Position numbers and translations under genes: made by a program. The notes under the pieces are model-generated. The model made no database searches, had not been told where the DNA came from, and saw only the letters and a program-made list of their open reading frames with translations. Shown here piece after piece: positions 61,927-64,000 of a stretch of DNA of 64,000 nt (its first letter is position 1; every line of letters begins with the position of its first letter). Origin of the DNA: Escherichia phage a20; sequence record OQ067374.1; one strand, 5' to 3'.

Positions 61927-61961
61927 TACATCATATCATGCCTAGAGGAAGATGTAAACCC
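61927..61961 (-). promoter_or_regulatory. early promoter
   Basis: GTTTAC ... GATATGATG. Confidence 0.45.
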
Positions 61962-61966
61962 CGAAA

Positions 61967-61982
61967 GGAGACCGAAGTCTCC
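61967..61982 (-). other. UUCG-tetraloop hairpin downstream of gene 41
   Basis: ggagaccgaagtctcc. Confidence 0.5.
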
Positions 61983-61988
61983 TTTTTA

Positions 61989-63431
61989 TTAAAATTTTAA
62001 CTCATTGGCTAAGCTATCTAGGTCAGCACGTGTTGCTTTGGCTTTACCTACGCGTTCCGTACGATTCACCTCTGCCTGACGCATCTGAGCACCTGCGTTT
62101 TCATTTACTGTGTTAGGTGTGTTCATGCCTTCTTGCTCAATCTCAATCCATTTCTGGTTGCCTTTACGTACACCCATCAGGAATTTATTCCACTTATTCT
62201 TATCACCATATCGTGATTTGATTTGTTTGATAAGTTGTTGTTCAGCTTGTGCAAGTTCTTCGGTTTCAATTACGGCCAACATGAAATCTGCCGTTGCTGG
62301 TAAACCTGCTGATTCTGCAATATCGCTCATGTTCATATCCGAAGCATCCCATGCTGCACGTCCTACTTGAGCTGCAGTCCATAGAACTGTTTCAGATTCT
62401 ACTGCTAATGCACGAAGTTCTTCTGCGATAGCTTTAACTAATGTGTAGCTATTTTCAGTGTAAACTCTGATACGACAAGACCCACAAATACCTAAGTAAT
62501 CAACCATGATTACAGATGGCACAAAGTTCTTCTTAAGTTTTAACTCATTAAGCAATGCACGAAATGTATTAGCATTAGCTCCACCGGTAGGATACTGTTT
62601 AACTACTAAACGTCCTAATGTGGATTTTGAACGCCATTTTTCCATCTTGGCTTTATATTCAGCATAAGATACGTTACCATCATCGATATCATCAAGTGAT
62701 ACGTCAAGCATGTTTGCATCTATACGCTTAGCGCAAACTTCTTCAGCCATTTCCATGGAAATATAAAGAACATTATGACCTGTTTGAAGATAATCTGCAG
62801 CAAGTGAACAAAGGCCTAAAGATTTACCAACGTTAACACCGGCCATTAAAACATTCAGTGTACCGGTTTCAGCACCACCTTTAGTGATTTTATTCAGAAT
62901 GTTTAATTTGAACGGGACCTTACGTGCTTTATTTAGATAAGAAAGCCAGCGTGCTTCGTAGTCTTCCATCCAGTCATGTCCAACATAACTATCAAACGAA
63001 ATTGAAAGTGCTTGACGCATAATATCAGGAATAGCTCCTACATCAGGCATTTTCTTGTTACGTTGTTCTGGAGGTAGTTCAGCATTAGACTGAATCTCAA
63101 TGATTTTGGATGTAGCATTATACATCGCTTTTTGCTGGACATATTTCTCAGTTTCTTTAACCAACCATTCGTGGTCTTCAGGAGTATCAGCCAATTTTTC
63201 AATTAGGTCTGAAGTTCCTTTATATTCGGCTTCAGTTAAAGAACTGTTATCTAAAGCCACCTTTAATGCATTGATAGATGGCATTGCATTATATTCGTTA
63301 ACGTGGCTCTTTATAATTTTAAAGACATTTTTTGCCGGTCCACGCTCAAAATACTCAGAATCCATATAAGGCCAGACCTTAGAAAAATAAGCCTGGTCGT
63401 ATACTAGATGAGACAAAATAATTTCTACCAC
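61989..63431 (-). CDS. 41: replicative DNA helicase gp41 (DnaB-like)
   Basis: 480 aa; MVEIILSHLVYDQAYFSKVWPYMDSEYF and Walker A GVNVGKS match T4 gp41. Confidence 0.93.
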   Translation of the reverse strand: MVEIILSHLVYDQAYFSKVWPYMDSEYFERGPAKNVFKIIKSHVNEYNAMPSINALKVALDNSSLTEAEYKGTSDLIEKLADTPEDHEWLVKETEKYVQQKAMYNATSKIIEIQSNAELPPEQRNKKMPDVGAIPDIMRQALSISFDSYVGHDWMEDYEARWLSYLNKARKVPFKLNILNKITKGGAETGTLNVLMAGVNVGKSLGLCSLAADYLQTGHNVLYISMEMAEEVCAKRIDANMLDVSLDDIDDGNVSYAEYKAKMEKWRSKSTLGRLVVKQYPTGGANANTFRALLNELKLKKNFVPSVIMVDYLGICGSCRIRVYTENSYTLVKAIAEELRALAVESETVLWTAAQVGRAAWDASDMNMSDIAESAGLPATADFMLAVIETEELAQAEQQLIKQIKSRYGDKNKWNKFLMGVRKGNQKWIEIEQEGMNTPNTVNENAGAQMRQAEVNRTERVGKAKATRADLDSLANELKF

Positions 63432-63440
63432 GATAACTCC

Positions 63441-63782
63441 TTAAAAGAATTTAAATTTTTTCTTGGTTCGTTCATTAAAAGCTTGTTGTACTTGCATTGT
63501 AACACATTTTTCAACATGTGGTGCAAGTTCTGCTTTTCTGTCCTGGTCAAGAACTGCAAAGTCCATTACGATTTTACCATCAACCCAGTCTAGTTTTGTA
63601 ATATAGACTATATGATGGGAACCGTCTTCAAGTGTAATCAGAATCTCTTGAATGACATTTTCCATTGCTGAACGGATAATTTTAAGAGATTCATTAAACA
63701 CTCGTTCTTTGCGAATGTCTTCCCCTTCCGAAGAAGGGGATTCATCAACGATTTCTAGATTTAAATCATCGAGATTATTCAT
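63441..63782 (-). CDS. 40: gp40 head-assembly protein; start at ATG 63782
   Basis: position between uvsX and 41; track ORF starts at TTG; ATG overlaps uvsX stop. Confidence 0.6.
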   Translation of the reverse strand: MNNLDDLNLEIVDESPSSEGEDIRKERVFNESLKIIRSAMENVIQEILITLEDGSHHIVYITKLDWVDGKIVMDFAVLDQDRKAELAPHVEKCVTMQVQQAFNERTKKKFKFF

Positions 63783-64000
63783 CGAAATCTTCCATTTCGT
63801 CAAGGTCGTTTTCTATATCTGCTGCAGACGGAGCATCAGAAGTTTTAACCGGAACTTTAGTTGTTGCTTTGCAATTAATAAGGTCATTAACAGCGTCATC
63901 AACTTCTTTAATAGAAGAGATAGCACCTAGTTTATATTTAGTTTCAATTGCATCTCGGAAAGGTTTGTGTTTAAACAAAGGTCCCCAGAATTCTACACAA
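63775..64000 (-). CDS. uvsX: UvsX recombinase, C-terminal fragment (5' end beyond window)
   Basis: ORF ends with acidic tail ...DLDEMEDFDE. Confidence 0.75.
   Translation of the reverse strand, partial: CVEFWGPLFKHKPFRDAIETKYKLGAISSIKEVDDAVNDLINCKATTKVPVKTSDAPSAADIENDLDEMEDFDE

Overview
This window is a contiguous segment of a T-even (T4-like) myovirus genome, collinear with the phage T4 map. All gene identities come from reading the translated ORFs against remembered T4 protein sequences and gene order; no database search was run. Minus strand 1-22666 carries early/middle genes: 30.x-like ORFs, rIII, 31, cd, pseT, alc, rnlA, denA, nrdB (split by a group I intron carrying full-length I-TevIII), nrdA, td (split by a 1016-nt group I intron carrying I-TevI), frd, 32, 59, 33, dsbA, rnh. 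Plus strand 22770-32894 carries the late long-tail-fibre module 34-35-36-37-38 and holin t. Minus strand 32895-64000 carries asiA, motA, 52, ndd, denB, rIIB, rIIA, gene 39, dexA, dda, srd, modA, modB, soc, 56, 61, sp, dmd, 41, 40 and the 3' end of uvsX. About 28 early promoters with inverted repeats around the -10 element (PeSL-like) and many UUCG-tetraloop hairpins punctuate the minus-strand clusters. Departures from the T4 type map as I remember it: (1) a class-I DAHP synthase gene fused into the cd operon; (2) a GT-B-like putative glycosyltransferase plus an HNH endonuclease between rIIA.1 and gene 39; (3) gene 39 is a single 606-aa ORF with no gene-60 split; (4) a free-standing HNH endonuclease overlapping the nrdA start; (5) a tandem trio of paralogous genes upstream of dexA. 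No tRNA, rRNA or CRISPR array was seen. The ORF track uses GTG/TTG as starts, so several starts were moved to ATG codons with Shine-Dalgarno support.
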